A stretch of 64,000 nt of DNA from Selaginella moellendorffii (GCF_000143415.4 NW_003314293.1:248001-312000); one strand, 5' to 3'; shown: positions 35,640-48,340, numbered from the stretch's first letter. The notes: generated from the sequence alone by a model not told the origin. Made by a program: numbers and translations.

Positions 35640-37050
35640 ATAATTTGGGATTGAATTTTATCCATAGGGTTTAAAACTTAATTAATATACAATTTATCCC
35701 TAGAGGGCAGAGTTTTCTATTGAGATTATGTTTTTTCTTTTATTTTATCATTTTCCTTTTCTTTTTTAGATTTGCTATAGTTTTTTGCTAGATCTAGGAT
35801 TATATCTTTTTGAAATGTTCTTCTTTTAATCTTTATTGCATTCTCTTCTTTTGCCATACCACATTATTATTAATCAAGGAGTATGTCACTTTAGGTTGTT
35901 AATGCTATTCCATTGGATTGAATTTTTAGTGTTATAGGGTGTAATTATATTAGTGTTGCTTTAGTCTTTGATATGTTGTTGTCTTTAGCTTTTGGAAGAC
36001 ATGATTACATAAGTTCTCTTGTTGTTGGTGTTTTATCCCATCTCTTATTGATGTGAAATATGATAGTGACATCAATTGGAGAGTTATAGATGATATAGTT
36101 TAGTTCTTGGAGAATGTTCAAGGATTAAGTTTATGAAAAGATGATATGTACAAACTCAAATGGATTCTAGATTATTATAAGAAGACTAATTATTATAAAT
36201 ATAACTTTGAAGATGAGTTGAAGATTTCACAATCCTTCAATTTGCCATTTAATGCTTTCTTTTTGCCTTACCAGCTGTATTGAACCGTATGGCAATAAAG
36301 AGAGAATGTCCATAAGGATTGACAGACATTTTACATTTTTCCAATTTTTTAAAAAATTTTATATCTATTATTTCTTCCTTATTTACAATATTTCCTTTTT
36401 TTAACATGTTAATCATTTGTGACTTTTATAACTTTCATTCTCAATCCAATGTTAAACTAAGTGTTTTCTATCATACTTATATTACGTGTGAAGTTTGAGA
36501 ATCTTACTTTTACTTCTTTGGCAAAATCTTTGATTAGTTCCTATGTTGAGTATGCCTCTATTCCAAGATTGGACCACTTTTGCTAGAATTTTAGTTTAAG
36601 TGTATATCCCTAATTATTAATGCTGTTAAGAGCCTTTGCTATATTATTATTACTAAAGACTTTATGTGTTCCTTGGAGAATATGGGCATTTTTATTAATT
36701 TTTCTATTTCAAGTGTTGAATGGTATATTGAGAAGGTTGAGTGATTTGAATCTTTTACTTATACTATAATTATGCCCTATAATACCAAAAGCTTGATCCA
36801 ACATACTCTGTGGCATGGCAAAAGAAGAAAATGTAATAGCTATAATCCTAAACTTAGAGAAAAGTTAATATAAATCTAGATTTAAAAGAGAAAGAAATAA
36901 ATAAAAATAAAAGCATGATCCCAAACACTAGAACAAAACATTGCTAAAAATCTCCGCCCTCCTAACAAAAATTGCAATAGTTCTCTCTTCCACTAATGTG
37001 AGTGTTTAGTATAATATTAATTAGGGTTTACAGACCAAATTAAGTCCTCA
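35640..37050. mobile_element. Degenerate non-autonomous DNA transposon with long (~250 bp) terminal inverted repeats
   Basis: 35640-35890 is a diverged reverse complement of 36800-37050 (for example ttctcttcttttgccataccaca vs tgtggcatggcaaaagaagaaaa; gagggcagag vs ctccgccctc). Ends and TSD not resolved. Confidence 0.5.
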
Positions 37051-38371
37051 ATAAGGTAATATATAATTTTATATATTTATAGACCCTACAATAAAAAACT
37101 AAAAATCTTAAAATTTATAATATATATTATTTATGCGGGGAAAACATTCTTGGACATCCTTGTGGACAAGTCCTTGAAAGAAAAATCTCTCAGCCTTTCA
37201 CCATCCATTTCAATTTACTTAAAGGTTTATAAATTATAAATATGTTTATAATTTGTAAACATCAGTAAATTTTGTGGTGGCAGCATCTTACACCCCACCA
37301 CAATATTTGTAGCATTTTTACTACTAATTACTGTAAACTAATATAGTCGTAGTACAAAACTGCTTAGGCTATATAACTAAAGTATATTCCTATTATGTAT
37401 GAATACCTAAAAAATAAACTTAAAAACAAGATTTTAGTGATCACAACAAAGTTGAAGATACATTCTAATTTTAATAAATATAAAGTAAACTATAATTACT
37501 GTAAATGAGTATATTTTGATTTTATTATATAGAATAAGTAATGCGCTCATTCAAATTTATATTTAAATTTTTCTAATGTGCATTCATAAAAAAGTTATAA
37601 CTTTTTTTAACCCCTTCTACATTTCTAAGTTGGAGTTGGCTTAGTTTCTGTGAAGTAGCCAGTAGCCAATCCACCAAAACTTGCTACATAATTTAATCAA
37701 CATGTGCAGCATAGGAGTGTTACTAGGCACTCCACAACCTCGCAGTGCCGCTCTGAAACATCCTTACCTCGGTGTGCATCTGCAGAGGTGTTTGATCGGC
37801 TTCCTTTTTGGGATGAGAATGCTGCTATGGCTTCCTTGCCCAACAAAATTCTATAGTCAGTTCAAGATCTCTCCTGCATGGTTGCCAAAGGCTGGGACGC
37901 TCTCAAGAACGTTTTGTTTTTGGTTTTATGTTGAATTTCATCTCCTAAAACCTTTCTTACCTCAACTTATAGTCTTGTTTATATTTTGGCGGGAGGAACT
38001 CTTGAACACAGGTGTTTGGTGTACGAGTTCTATATCACAGATTAATATATTAACGAGAGATTTCTAAGCTCCAGGCGCAAATTTCTGCTCAAGATTTCCA
38101 TAGCGACTTCTTATTTCTCCCTTGTAAAAAGGAATCACTTCTTTATTAAGGATAAGATTTTTATTGTATGAAATATCTCTTTTTGAATCATCTCACGTAA
38201 GGATTTCTTTTTCCATCTGATTGTATATGTAAGATTTCCTCCTTTTTACAATCTTGTAAATTCCTATGATTCTTATATACATGTAGTTACAAAGTCATTT
38301 ATTCGCCCTCTTTTCAAAATTTCACGTAAATAAGTGAAAATAAGTACTTAAAACTTCTGCTTTCGTCTCTA

Positions 38372-40620
38372 TCACGAGATGCTGCAGCCAAATTTTTGCG
38401 ATCGCTCCATGTCTTCCAGTTCCGCAATTATTTCCCGAAACGATGGCCTCTTTTTGGCATCAAAGTCCAAGCAACGAGTGAGAAGCCTGTCAATCAAAGT
38501 AGAGCTTCATAAAAAAAACTGGAGGAACGGAAAAAAAAAAAAACGAGAGAGAGAGAAAGATCAAACTAAAGTTCTGGGCTTAACTGTTTCATATTCGTCG
38601 GATACTTTGCTGTGAAAGCTGGTTTATAGCCATGCCTGGCCCTGTCCTCCACAGCGTGAATTGGATTCTCATATCTATTCCCTACATGACCTTCAAACAT
38701 CTGGAGCAAGTTGAAACAAAGTTCTCTTGGGGGATCAGGTGTGAAAATACCTCATAGACGATGAGAGCAAACGAGTAGACGTCGACGCTCTTGTCATAGG
38801 ATTGATGCTTGAACACCTCCGGCGCCATATACCTGTCTGCTTCTTCACCGTTGAGCGTAAGAACGAAACCATGTCAAGGATCTCGCCATCGAAATTAAAA
38901 GAGAACTTACAAGATCCTGTTTCTCCGGTCATCTTGTAGACTTCGTCCACCGTAGCGCCGGAGGCTTTAACAAGCCTGCTCAATCCAAAATCGCCAACTT
39001 TCAAATGGCCCGCGTCGTCCAGAAGTATGTTTCTGTTGGAAAGAACAAAACATCTCTAGTTTGAGTGTTTTGTTCAAGTGATAACTTACGTGGGCTTCAA
39101 GTCCCGGTGTATAACTGGCTCTGGCTTGTGCTCGTGAAGAAAATTCATGCCTCTAACGAAAGGAAAACATATAGAAATGAAGTGAGTTCATGAGTTTACC
39201 TTGCAATGTCGAGAGCAAAATGAAGAACTTGTTTCCCGCCCAAGGAGCCTTTGCTCTTTCTTCTGAGTAGAGCTTGTAAGTCGCCCTGTGAGAAGAGGCA
39301 CGCATGAGTTTCATGACAAGCAAACCACTTACTTTGGGGAGGTATTCTGTGATTATGATCAGGTTTTCTTGCTTAGTGACGGCTCCTAGAAACTGGACAA
39401 TGTTTGGATGATGGAGCTTTTGCAGCAAGACGAGCTCCCTCACGAACTCTCTTCTGCAAAACCATGATATGTTGGTGTGAAACAAGGAGTTCACTCGAGC
39501 TCTCGTGTCAGCAAGCTTACACGACTTGCTTGTCCTGTAAGAGAGATGTTAAGATCGTCTTTGCAGCAACCTTTGTGCCTCGCCATTTGACCACTCGGAT
39601 CTCCCCAAAAGCACCCTGTTTGAGTTTATCAAGCAAAGCAAATCTAAGCTTCCAAACAAGAATCGAAGTGACAAAACTTACTCTCCCGATGGGATCATTG
39701 TTGCCAATCCTCTCAATCTCCCCAGGATCTATTTCGTACTCGGGTACAACTGATTCCTTGACAAAGGAAATCAAGATCACTCATAAACAAGGATAAAGAA
39801 GAACAACAAAGAACTTACATAGTCCATGGCTTCGTGGGCCTCGAGAAGCTTGCAAATACGCATGTGTCCATAGCGTCGCGCATCAGCTAGAGGCTTCACA
39901 AGAAAAAGAAAGAAACCGAAGAAATCAATCAAAAAATGAAGAACTCATACCGTTCGTCCCCATCGATCTCTGGGGCTAAGATCGACTCCATGCTGGATGA
40001 GAAGAAGCACACAGTCGGCATGGCCCTCACTGGCAGCCAAATGTAGCGCGGTCCTCTTGTCATAGTCGGCAACGTCCTTGTTCACGCCCTCTCGCAAAGC
40101 TTGGCGGAGACCCTCTACGTCGCCACGGCTCGCGCAGTAGAGCAACTTCACCGTGTCAGCTTCCTCGCGCGACGTGATATCATGATCCTGTTCCTGGATG
40201 GCTCCCAAAGAAACAGTCAAGAATACATATGGACTGTTCTTCCAGTTTTAGATCTCTCTCGTACCGTCATGTTTGACTTTGGAAGAGCTCAATCCATGCG
40301 CGAGCAGGCGTGTGGATCCGGATCCATTCTCTTCCTTCCCTGTAACACATGCATGAACCCCAAATCTTTGCGGAAGAAAAAATGCGCGATCGACCTGGAC
40401 GATCGAGAAAAGGATGAGAAGCTCAAGAGCCAACCTTGAATCGATCGAGCTGCGCTCCTCAAGGAGAGGTGTCCCAAATCGTCATCCACAATCGCGGTTA
40501 CCGAGAAGCCCTGGATAAAAATCCTTCCAGCTTGAGCTGGTCCGCCGGTTTTAGCACCCTTCGATCGTGGCTTGTCCTGTCCCTTAGCGCGCAGTGAAAG
40601 AAGAGAGAATATCTGGGCAT
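38372..40620 (-). CDS. Ankyrin-repeat Raf-like protein kinase (ILK/VIK/BHP group); multi-exon, 5' exons uncertain
   Basis: DYDKRTALHLAASEGH...DRWGRT ankyrin repeats; GRGAFG, VAAK, LHHPNIVQFLG, HRDLKPTN, DFG, MTGETGSYRYMAPE; ends KFGCSIS*. Confidence 0.9.
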
Positions 40621-40771
40621 CTTGCCACCACGCGTACGCTCACAATAGGCCTTCCGTACGATGGATCCAGTGGGACAAAACCCTATCGATGATCCCGAAG
40701 ATCCATTTGGAGGGAATCCAAATGCCGCCTAAAGGTATCAAATATTGAATTTAGGGTTCTTCCGGGGTTGG

Positions 40772-42625
40772 ATGCGAGGATGGAGACGATGGAGCCGAGA
40801 TCTCGGTTGTGTCGCGCTGGAAGCTTTCCCACAGAGCAGGAAGAGCGGCGGCGCTGCCGCATTGTCGCCGCCAGCGTCGGATCTCCTCGGTGTCCTCAGG
40901 CAAGGGCTTCTCCAGGGGAAGCGCTGGAAGGAGATTGCCGCGGCTTACCAGGGGGCGATCGACCCGCAAATCGCCGGCCAGGTACTCAAGAATGTGTGGG
41001 ACATCCGCCTGGCCTGCTGCGTGTTCTTCTGGGCTAGACGAGAGAAGCAGTGCGTCCACACGCTGTGGAGCTACCAGTGTTTCCTGGAGGCGCTGCTTCG
41101 ATCCAGGGGAGGCTCGCTCGTCATCCGGCACTACGTCGAGATGGTCAAAGCGGGGATTGGGCACGACGAGTATGGATTTTGCCTCGCGCTCGCGGGGATT
41201 TGCGAGACTGGATCGTGGTTCCAGGCGTTTAAAAAGCTCAAGAACAGGACCATCTTTGGGAAGCCACTGAGCTCCAGCATGTTTAACGTGGTCTTGGAGG
41301 GAGCTTGCAAGCGAGAGCGATTGAGAGGAGCTGCCGATATCCTGCGGTACATGACGAGCGTGGCGATGGTTTCTCCGGACGTTTTGAGCTACAGGATCGT
41401 GATCGAGGCTTTTGGTGCTGGGCATTGGATCCAGCAAGTGGAAACTTGTTTCCGGGACATGGTGGAGCGTGGTATCGAGCCGGACGCTGGCATTTACGAG
41501 GCTTTGGTGGATGCTTATAGCGGAGTTTACAGGCAGGAGGAAGCATGCAAGGCTTTTAGCTCGATGCTCGAGCGCGGATGGAGGCCGAGCTCTGACGCTT
41601 ACTCGGTTCTTTTGCGGTGCTGCCTCAAGAACTGGGATGGAGTTTCCGGCTACAAGCTCTTCCGAGAGATGGAAGGTGTTGGCTACGAGCTGACGGGAAC
41701 TCTTTACCAGGAGATGATCCATGGCTTTGTCAACTCGAGGATGTTTAGCGAGGCACGGGCTCTCACCAAGGAGATGGTCTCAAAAGGATTTAAGCCGTCT
41801 CCCAGCGGCTACTCGGCTCTCATCCTGGCATTCGCCAGCCCGGCACGGGTGAACGAATCATGGGAAGTTTTCCAGGAGCTTCTCCAGCAATGTGGGAACG
41901 TCCTTGACCGGGAAACTTACTCGGCGTTTGTGACGAAGCTGGCAAAAATGGATCGAGCAGCCGAGGCAGTGAGGGCCTACGAGGGAATGACTGAGTCGTG
42001 CGATCGCAGGCCGGATGAGAAAACGCTCCAGGAACTGGTGGGATGCTTGTGTAGAACTGGCAGCGTGGATCTAGCGCAGTGGCTGATCAACCAAGTCGTG
42101 CACGAGTTCAAGAACATCGTTCCCAGCGTGGAGACTTTCAACATGGTGCTATCCGAGTACTGCTGCTTTGGGCCGAGCTACGGCAATCTGAGGTCCCTGG
42201 AGATCAAAAAGGCGATGGAGCTGCTGGACGAGATGGTGAAGCTGGGAAGGCGGCCGACTGTCAACTCTTTCCAGATCGCCGTGCATGGGCTTTGCAAGGC
42301 GGGGCGAGCTTTCGACGCGTACAAGCTCTTCCTCACTATCCGGGACTTCGATCTAGCTCCTGACGCTGCGACGAGCAAGACGGTGATCATGGGGCTGTGT
42401 AGCATTGGCAGGATTGTGGAAGCCGAGCTCGTGTTTGATCATCTTTTATCGGATCGAAGGGAGGTCAAGGAGAGCAGCTTGGTGGTGTCCCAGGTTTATA
42501 AGGTGATTGTGGATGCCAGGTGTAGTGATTCAAGGAAGCTCCAGAGGAAAGGAAGGAGATGGTGGAATGAATCCAGTGTAAGTTTAGAGATCGATTTTAC
42601 TGAAAATAGTTGCTTGGGATGGTAG
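40772..42625 (+). CDS. P-class PPR protein, intronless
   Basis: Tandem 35-aa repeats (PDVLSYRIVI, PDAGIYEALV, PTVNSFQIAVHGLCKAG) after a basic presequence. Confidence 0.9.
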   Translation: MRGWRRWSRDLGCVALEAFPQSRKSGGAAALSPPASDLLGVLRQGLLQGKRWKEIAAAYQGAIDPQIAGQVLKNVWDIRLACCVFFWARREKQCVHTLWSYQCFLEALLRSRGGSLVIRHYVEMVKAGIGHDEYGFCLALAGICETGSWFQAFKKLKNRTIFGKPLSSSMFNVVLEGACKRERLRGAADILRYMTSVAMVSPDVLSYRIVIEAFGAGHWIQQVETCFRDMVERGIEPDAGIYEALVDAYSGVYRQEEACKAFSSMLERGWRPSSDAYSVLLRCCLKNWDGVSGYKLFREMEGVGYELTGTLYQEMIHGFVNSRMFSEARALTKEMVSKGFKPSPSGYSALILAFASPARVNESWEVFQELLQQCGNVLDRETYSAFVTKLAKMDRAAEAVRAYEGMTESCDRRPDEKTLQELVGCLCRTGSVDLAQWLINQVVHEFKNIVPSVETFNMVLSEYCCFGPSYGNLRSLEIKKAMELLDEMVKLGRRPTVNSFQIAVHGLCKAGRAFDAYKLFLTIRDFDLAPDAATSKTVIMGLCSIGRIVEAELVFDHLLSDRREVKESSLVVSQVYKVIVDARCSDSRKLQRKGRRWWNESSVSLEIDFTENSCLGW

Positions 42626-43179
42626 AAGAGTACTTTAAACACTAACCGATTCTAGCTTCTAATTCCCTCATATAAAAGTATGGATTTCTATATATAATGA
42701 CTATAAGTTAGGTAGAGACCACGAAACCACGACCACACACCTATGTAACGTAAATCACTAAGCCATATAAGCATCAGGAAACTAAGGAAAACTAATGGAT
42801 TAATTGCAACTTCATTTGCAACTGCAAAATGTTTGAACTAATGAGGATAGAAGTAAATTATATCTTATATCATGTCAAAAGCTTGATATGAGCCTCTAGC
42901 AACATGCTTTATCGACATCATAACATGGTAGAAGAAGGGAATGAATGTAATTATATCTGGCAAAAAGCAAGATTTAATGAGGGAATCAGAGAAGAATAAT
43001 CTAGAAAGGGAATAGCTGGGGCAAGTTGGAAGCTTTATGTGATAGTTAAATTTGCTATCTAATTTTCTTTCTCTGCATTTTCATCTATCTTTCTCAGCTT
43101 CTTCTTTCCCTTTATCTTTTTTTTCCTAATGCGTTAATCACTTCTAGCTTATAAGTTATAGTTAAGTGCTTTCAATCCC

Positions 43180-43870
43180 TCACCTCAAATTTTTTGCTTT
43201 CTCATGACTCAATATACATTCTCCATGTCAAGTTCTCCATAACCCAATATGCATCTGCTAACCTATTTGCTCTGATGAATCCATATTGAGGAGATTTGCA
43301 AAACCAATCATTAAGCTGTCATAAGCTACAACCACATCTAGCCCACAATTCTTCTCTATCATCTTCTCAAGGATTTTCTTCAACTTGTAAATGTAAATAA
43401 GTCATAAGTGTTTTAGCATGAAGTATATGGCTTTTTCCCAGCTTTATTGACCCAGGTAATTTTGGTAAAGAGTTGTTTATAGCATCTATTAGCTGTATGA
43501 GGGAAGTTCAAAAGTAGCTTTGTTAATATCCTTATTGACAGGGGTTTTTGATAATTTTGTGGTTGCAAGTATAGTTTGACAAGCTGAACTAATGGTGCAA
43601 CAGTTAGGAGAATCATAGACTATAGAGTTTGTTCAAGGTAACCAAAACACTGATGAGGTACTTTGACAATCAAGAGTTGAAATAAAGACTTGGAAAGTGG
43701 ACATAGATTTCATTGTTTTGGACATAACAGAATTTGACGTGATCTTTGGGATGGTTGATTCAATTGGTTTGTGGTCACTTTGTATAGATAAAATAGGAAC
43801 CTGGTGATATTGGCAAATGCAAATATCATATATTAGGACCCGAAAATGTGCCAAAGGTAAGTTGACCAAA
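43180..43870 (-). mobile_element. Possible highly decayed retroelement integrase remnant
   Basis: Stop-riddled frames with only weak integrase-like character, set among LTR debris. Confidence 0.25.
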
Positions 43871-44269
43871 GTAAGTAAATTAGCATAGGTTTAGATAAGT
43901 TGACCAAGCATAAGGAGCTATGCTTGACTCCTCGAGGGGATGTCGAATCTGTAAGCATATTCTACAGAGGTTGAATTCAAGTCCCAAGCCTTTACTAGGG
44001 CAAGGTGAGATGAGGGGTATAGAGATATTTATATTTCATTGTTATGGGCTCTTAGTCGGGGAGGCTAATTTAGACACACTGCTAAATGGGGGGATGCCCC
44101 TTAAAGCATAGTCAACAAGTCATGGGATTAAATAGAAATGTTCGATGTGGGTATCAAACTTCTTTTATGGGTGGTGGAGTTATAAAGAACTAACTCCCTG
44201 AGGTGTCATAGGCTAAAAGATCCCTGAAATCATGATTGGAATCATAAAAAGTTCATCAAATGAGACTAA

Positions 44270-44440
44270 GTATGAGATTGACTCCAAGACCGAGTTTGAG
44301 ACTGAGTTTGAGACCAAATTCGAGATCGAGTCCAAGACCAAATCCGAGATCCAAGATTGGGTCTGAGACTAAGTCTGAGATTGAGTCTGAGGTCGAATTT
44401 GAAATCGAGTCCAAGATTGAGTTTAAGACCGAGTCCAAAT
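44270..44440. repeat. Degenerate 6/12-bp tandem repeat (gagtcc/aagacc); a shorter reverse copy lies near 48240-48285
   Basis: Visible periodicity; produces low-complexity ORFs on both strands. Confidence 0.85.
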
Positions 44441-44486
44441 ACTAATATAAATCATGGATTGAAAGCCCACAACAATTGTCTTCCAA

Positions 44487-45130
44487 GGGGGGTTCCAAAA
44501 GTATAGTAAGGATAGTGAGGTCCAAAACTCAATTTTAAGAACTCTCTAATGGTGATTAGGGATTAATGGCCTTGGGTGGGAGTGAGTATAGATTGGGTGG
44601 TGCCAAGGCACTCTTGAAAAGGAAATCAACTATGGTGGTCTTAGCTTATGTGGAATGGTGCCCCACTTGAGTACTATATAGCTCATTAGTCTTCATTTCT
44701 TCCTAGAGGCTTCCCTTTGGGATGGAAGTGGGGGAGTAAGAGTACTCATAAAAAGTTACTAGGCCATAGTGTTTTTCCCTAATGCCCCGAAGTAAAAAAT
44801 GCACTTAAGGCTTGGGATTTAGAAGGTCCCATAATCAAGTCTTATTGTACTTAAGGATGTTAGAAACTTAAAAGCATGGTGTGTTTAGCTGTTTGTACCT
44901 ATAAGGAGTGTAGTCAAATTTTAAGTTCAATCTAACATGAGGAGGGGGATTGGGAGAGAATTTGGGAATCCATAGATGGATGGCTAACACCCCATTACTT
45001 GTGTAGTGAGTAGTTAAATTTAAATAAGACCAAGTAGGAGCTAATACAATATATAAAAACTTTGGCAAGGGAACTTAACTAAAGCCAAAGTAAAGATGGT
45101 TAAATAAACAAAGTAATTTAGCAAATTGGA
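44487..45130 (+). mobile_element. Decayed LTR of the same gypsy family as 62752-63470, opposite orientation
   Basis: Reverse-complement similarity, for example gcttgggatttagaaggtccca vs tgggaccctctaaatcccaagc. Confidence 0.75.
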
Positions 45131-45555
45131 AAATAAAAATTTATGGCTTATAAATAGGCGTCAGATTGGTTTCAATCTAGACCACTCAAATTAATATGCA
45201 CATCACTATATTTTTATTAATAAGCCACTTTAAATAATTATATTTAAAATAAAGTTTATAAGCTTGTAAATATGTATATCTACATAGAAAATTACTGTAT
45301 CTAAGAAACATAAATCCCTAATTGATATGCCAGTTTGTGGGTTTGATACAACGTATATATACATTATCAATATCCCTTAGAGATTAGTACAAAAAGTACC
45401 CATAGTGCTATTTTTTTATTGTTATTCTTATGCTACCTTCAGCCTAGCAATGCTCTCCACCCTCACACAAGAGGGCTGCTATGGTCATCTCCTTATATCT
45501 CCTAGCCTTGCCTCTTTTTCCATGGTGTTTAGTGGCCGTCACATCCATTTGATTC

Positions 45556-45737
45556 CTCTTTTGTATACCCCACCATAGCAAGGGATCTAGTGTTGTTGCC
45601 AAACTTCAAGTGTCTCTCTTTTACCATGCTCTTGCAGCATCATCTCTTTGTATACCCCACCATAGCAAGGGATCTAGTGTTGTTGCCAAGCTTCAAGTGT
45701 CTCTCTTTTACCATGCTCTTGCAGCATCATCTCTTTG
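45556..45737. repeat. Two-copy tandem duplication, unit about 88 bp
   Basis: tgtatacccc(c)accatagcaagggatctagtgttgttgccaa...gcagcatcatctctttg occurs twice. Confidence 0.95.
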
Positions 45738-45860
45738 AATCAAATTGCTACCAACATGAGGCTCTATCTATTTGCCATAATTGCCAATGTTTGTGGGTTT
45801 GAGTACAATGTCCACCTATAATCATGGTTGACTTCTTGTGTGCATCAAGTGTGACTAGTA

Positions 45861-46438
45861 TGTAAGCGACTTGAGTTTAAACTTCCCGGGAGGTCACCCA
45901 GCTCAGTACTATTCAAACCCAAAGACACTTAACCCCAAATATCCCAAAACCCTTAATTGATTAGAAAAGGGGGTGCACTCTTGTTTATGGGCCCTTTCCC
46001 TCTATATTTGAACCCCATGTATCGTCTCTCAAATCGTTCTCTTTGGTTGCCTACAATCCACCACACTTCCCTGCAAGTTCATGCCCTCGTGAACGGAAGC
46101 TGAGAGCCCCGCTCTCTTGACACCCTACCCCTTAGGTCGAGCCCAGCAGGAGGAAACTAGACCAGCCAGATGTCAATCAACATGTGGTGTGATTCCCTTA
46201 GCCAACTAACAGAGTCGAACTTGAGACCCTCTCTGATACCAAATGTAAGCGACTTGAGTTTAGACTTCCCAGGAGGTCACCCAGCCCAGTACTATTCAAA
46301 CCCAAAGACACTTAACCCCAAATATCCCAAGACCCTTAACCGATTGGAAAAGGGGGTGCACTCTTGTTCATGGGCCCTTTCCCTCTATATTTGAACCCCA
46401 TGGATCATCTCTCAAATCGTTCTCTTTGGTTGCTTATA
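45861..46438 (-). mobile_element. Complete Cassandra-type TRIM retrotransposon (LTRs 45861-46055 and 46244-46438, 5S rRNA-like core)
   Basis: 195-bp LTRs with TG...CA ends (last one mutated to TA), TSD TAGTA on both sides, PBS tggtatcagag (tRNA-iMet) at 46231-46241, PPT gggaagtgtggtggat, 188-bp non-coding interior, 5S A/C-box sequence in each LTR. Confidence 0.93.
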
Positions 46439-46899
46439 TAGTATTCATAAATCAACTGCTAAGTGTCCTGTATTTATGTGAATTTTCTGCTTCAAGACAA
46501 TCTACATCATATTTTAAGTTTGATATATGCTTTTTGCTATATATGATGTATGCATAATGAGAAGTATGTGTAAATTGGGTGGGCAACTATAACAAGAAAT
46601 AAACAGTGTTGGAGAGAATAGTTGAATGAATAGATTATGATTGTGAGTGATCTACAATGATGGACATGGAAAATGGAGTGGAATGATATAGTAAGACCCT
46701 TGAAAATGAAGTGAAAAATGCATGAGCTTTCAGATGAGAGGAGTTGATACCACCTTGAGGTGAAAATCCAGGCTCATGCTTTATGGTATCATATGCTGGA
46801 AGAGAAAAGAGAGGTAAATGTCACCTATGATATTATAATATCACCATTTCTTTTAAGAGCTTGTTTACTTTTCTAATGAGTAACTTTGAGTTAGGGACT

Positions 46900-48340
46900 A
46901 GATCATGTACTTTAATTTTGACTTCACTCAACCTAATGGCTATATTAACTCTAACCTTCTTCAATTAAGAACATTTTTGTAAGAAGTGCCCCACTTCTTC
47001 ACAATTGTAGCATATGTTGTTTCCTACACTATTACCAAACTTGATTTTTTTATTAATGGGTTTGTCCCTTTTCACTTGACTCCCCCACATACTTGCTCTC
47101 TGGCCATCAGATCTTCTGAAACCCTGAGGATTCCTTCTTAGAAAAACTTTTCTTGAATTTCCCTTTAGTATATACCCATTTGGTTTAGCTCCTTTGTTAA
47201 ATATAGACTCCAACTTTGTTGTGTTCCTTTTTTGTATGTTATTATTGAAATGCATCTTAATAAGTGAATCCAATACTTCATTGTAGTTGGTTGGGTTCGA
47301 ATGCATCACCTCGCCTTGAGCCCAAGTTTATAAGCCTAATATGAAGGCATGGAACACATCTATATCTCCCATATTTATGACAAAGATCCTTTAAGTCAAA
47401 TGCATTTATATACTCTTGAATGATTTTTGTCTGCTTTAGCTTACTCAACTCATCTTTTGGGTATAGAGTAGCATTTAGAGAATATAAGTTGCATAGATCT
47501 TCATCTTCATTACTTCCCAAATGGCTATTGGTCCTTCATTAGACTTTATTATTTTCCACTAAGATTTAGCATTATCTATTAGTTATGGTTTTGCATATAG
47601 GACGTTTTTGAGCTTAGTAGCCATAATATTTAGAAATAATCTTCCATATTATAAAATTAATCTTGCACCACTTTATAGTCATTTACTCCCTTGAAGATTG
47701 GTGGGGGCTTTAGTATATGTTTGAGAACTTCTTGAGGAACTAACTTTACCTTAGTTTGTTTGACTTTGTTTGGTTTTGCCTTAATCCCCACTAAAATGTT
47801 TGTATCTTTTGTACTATCAACATTTGCAGTCTTTTGCTTTTTCTTCCATATCTTGTCATGCTTTAACTTACGTATAAGAGTGTTTAGTAAAGCATTAGTC
47901 TGTGCCAATTCTCCTTTTAAAGCGTCTAATTAAACCTTAGATAACCGAACCCCACCATTAAACTCCTATTTAGAAGTTTCCTCACTATAATGTTCCTTAT
48001 GCAAAGATTCCTCAACTATAACTTTTTGTTTGACCTCTTGTTTGAGAAAATTTTGTCTTTGCCTTGGTTCACTTACACTCTACCTTAGCCCCCCCCCCCC
48101 CCCCAAGTTAGATTGGACTTAAGTTTTAGCTACACTCCTTATAGGCACAAAAACTTAAGTGGGGCACCATTCTATATGAGCTGAGAATGATAACAACGAT
48201 TGTTGTGGGCTTTCACCCCATGACCTATATTAGTATAAAGATTTGGTCTTGAACTTGGTCTCAAAGTTGGTCTCGGACTTGGTTTTATTTAATAAACTTC
48301 TTATTATTCCAATCATGATTTTAAGGATCCTTTAGCCTAC
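46900..48340 (-). mobile_element. Decayed Ty3/gypsy gag (zinc knuckle) with LTR remnants
   Basis: CYNCEEVGHFLQKC knuckle; LAQTNALL..L..KLK and KPPP.FK shared with the gag at 61922-62692. Confidence 0.85.

Noticed and set aside
37690-37910. PPR-like phrase AEVFDRLPFWD
   Set aside because: Single short match with a nearby stop; too little to annotate.
44256-44445. Repetitive ORFs and a possible CRISPR-like array
   Set aside because: Simple 6/12-bp degenerate tandem repeat with no unique spacers, in eukaryotic LTR context.
45881-45933. 5S rRNA gene
   Set aside because: Only the ~53-nt promoter core, embedded in LTRs; not a full 120-nt gene or array.
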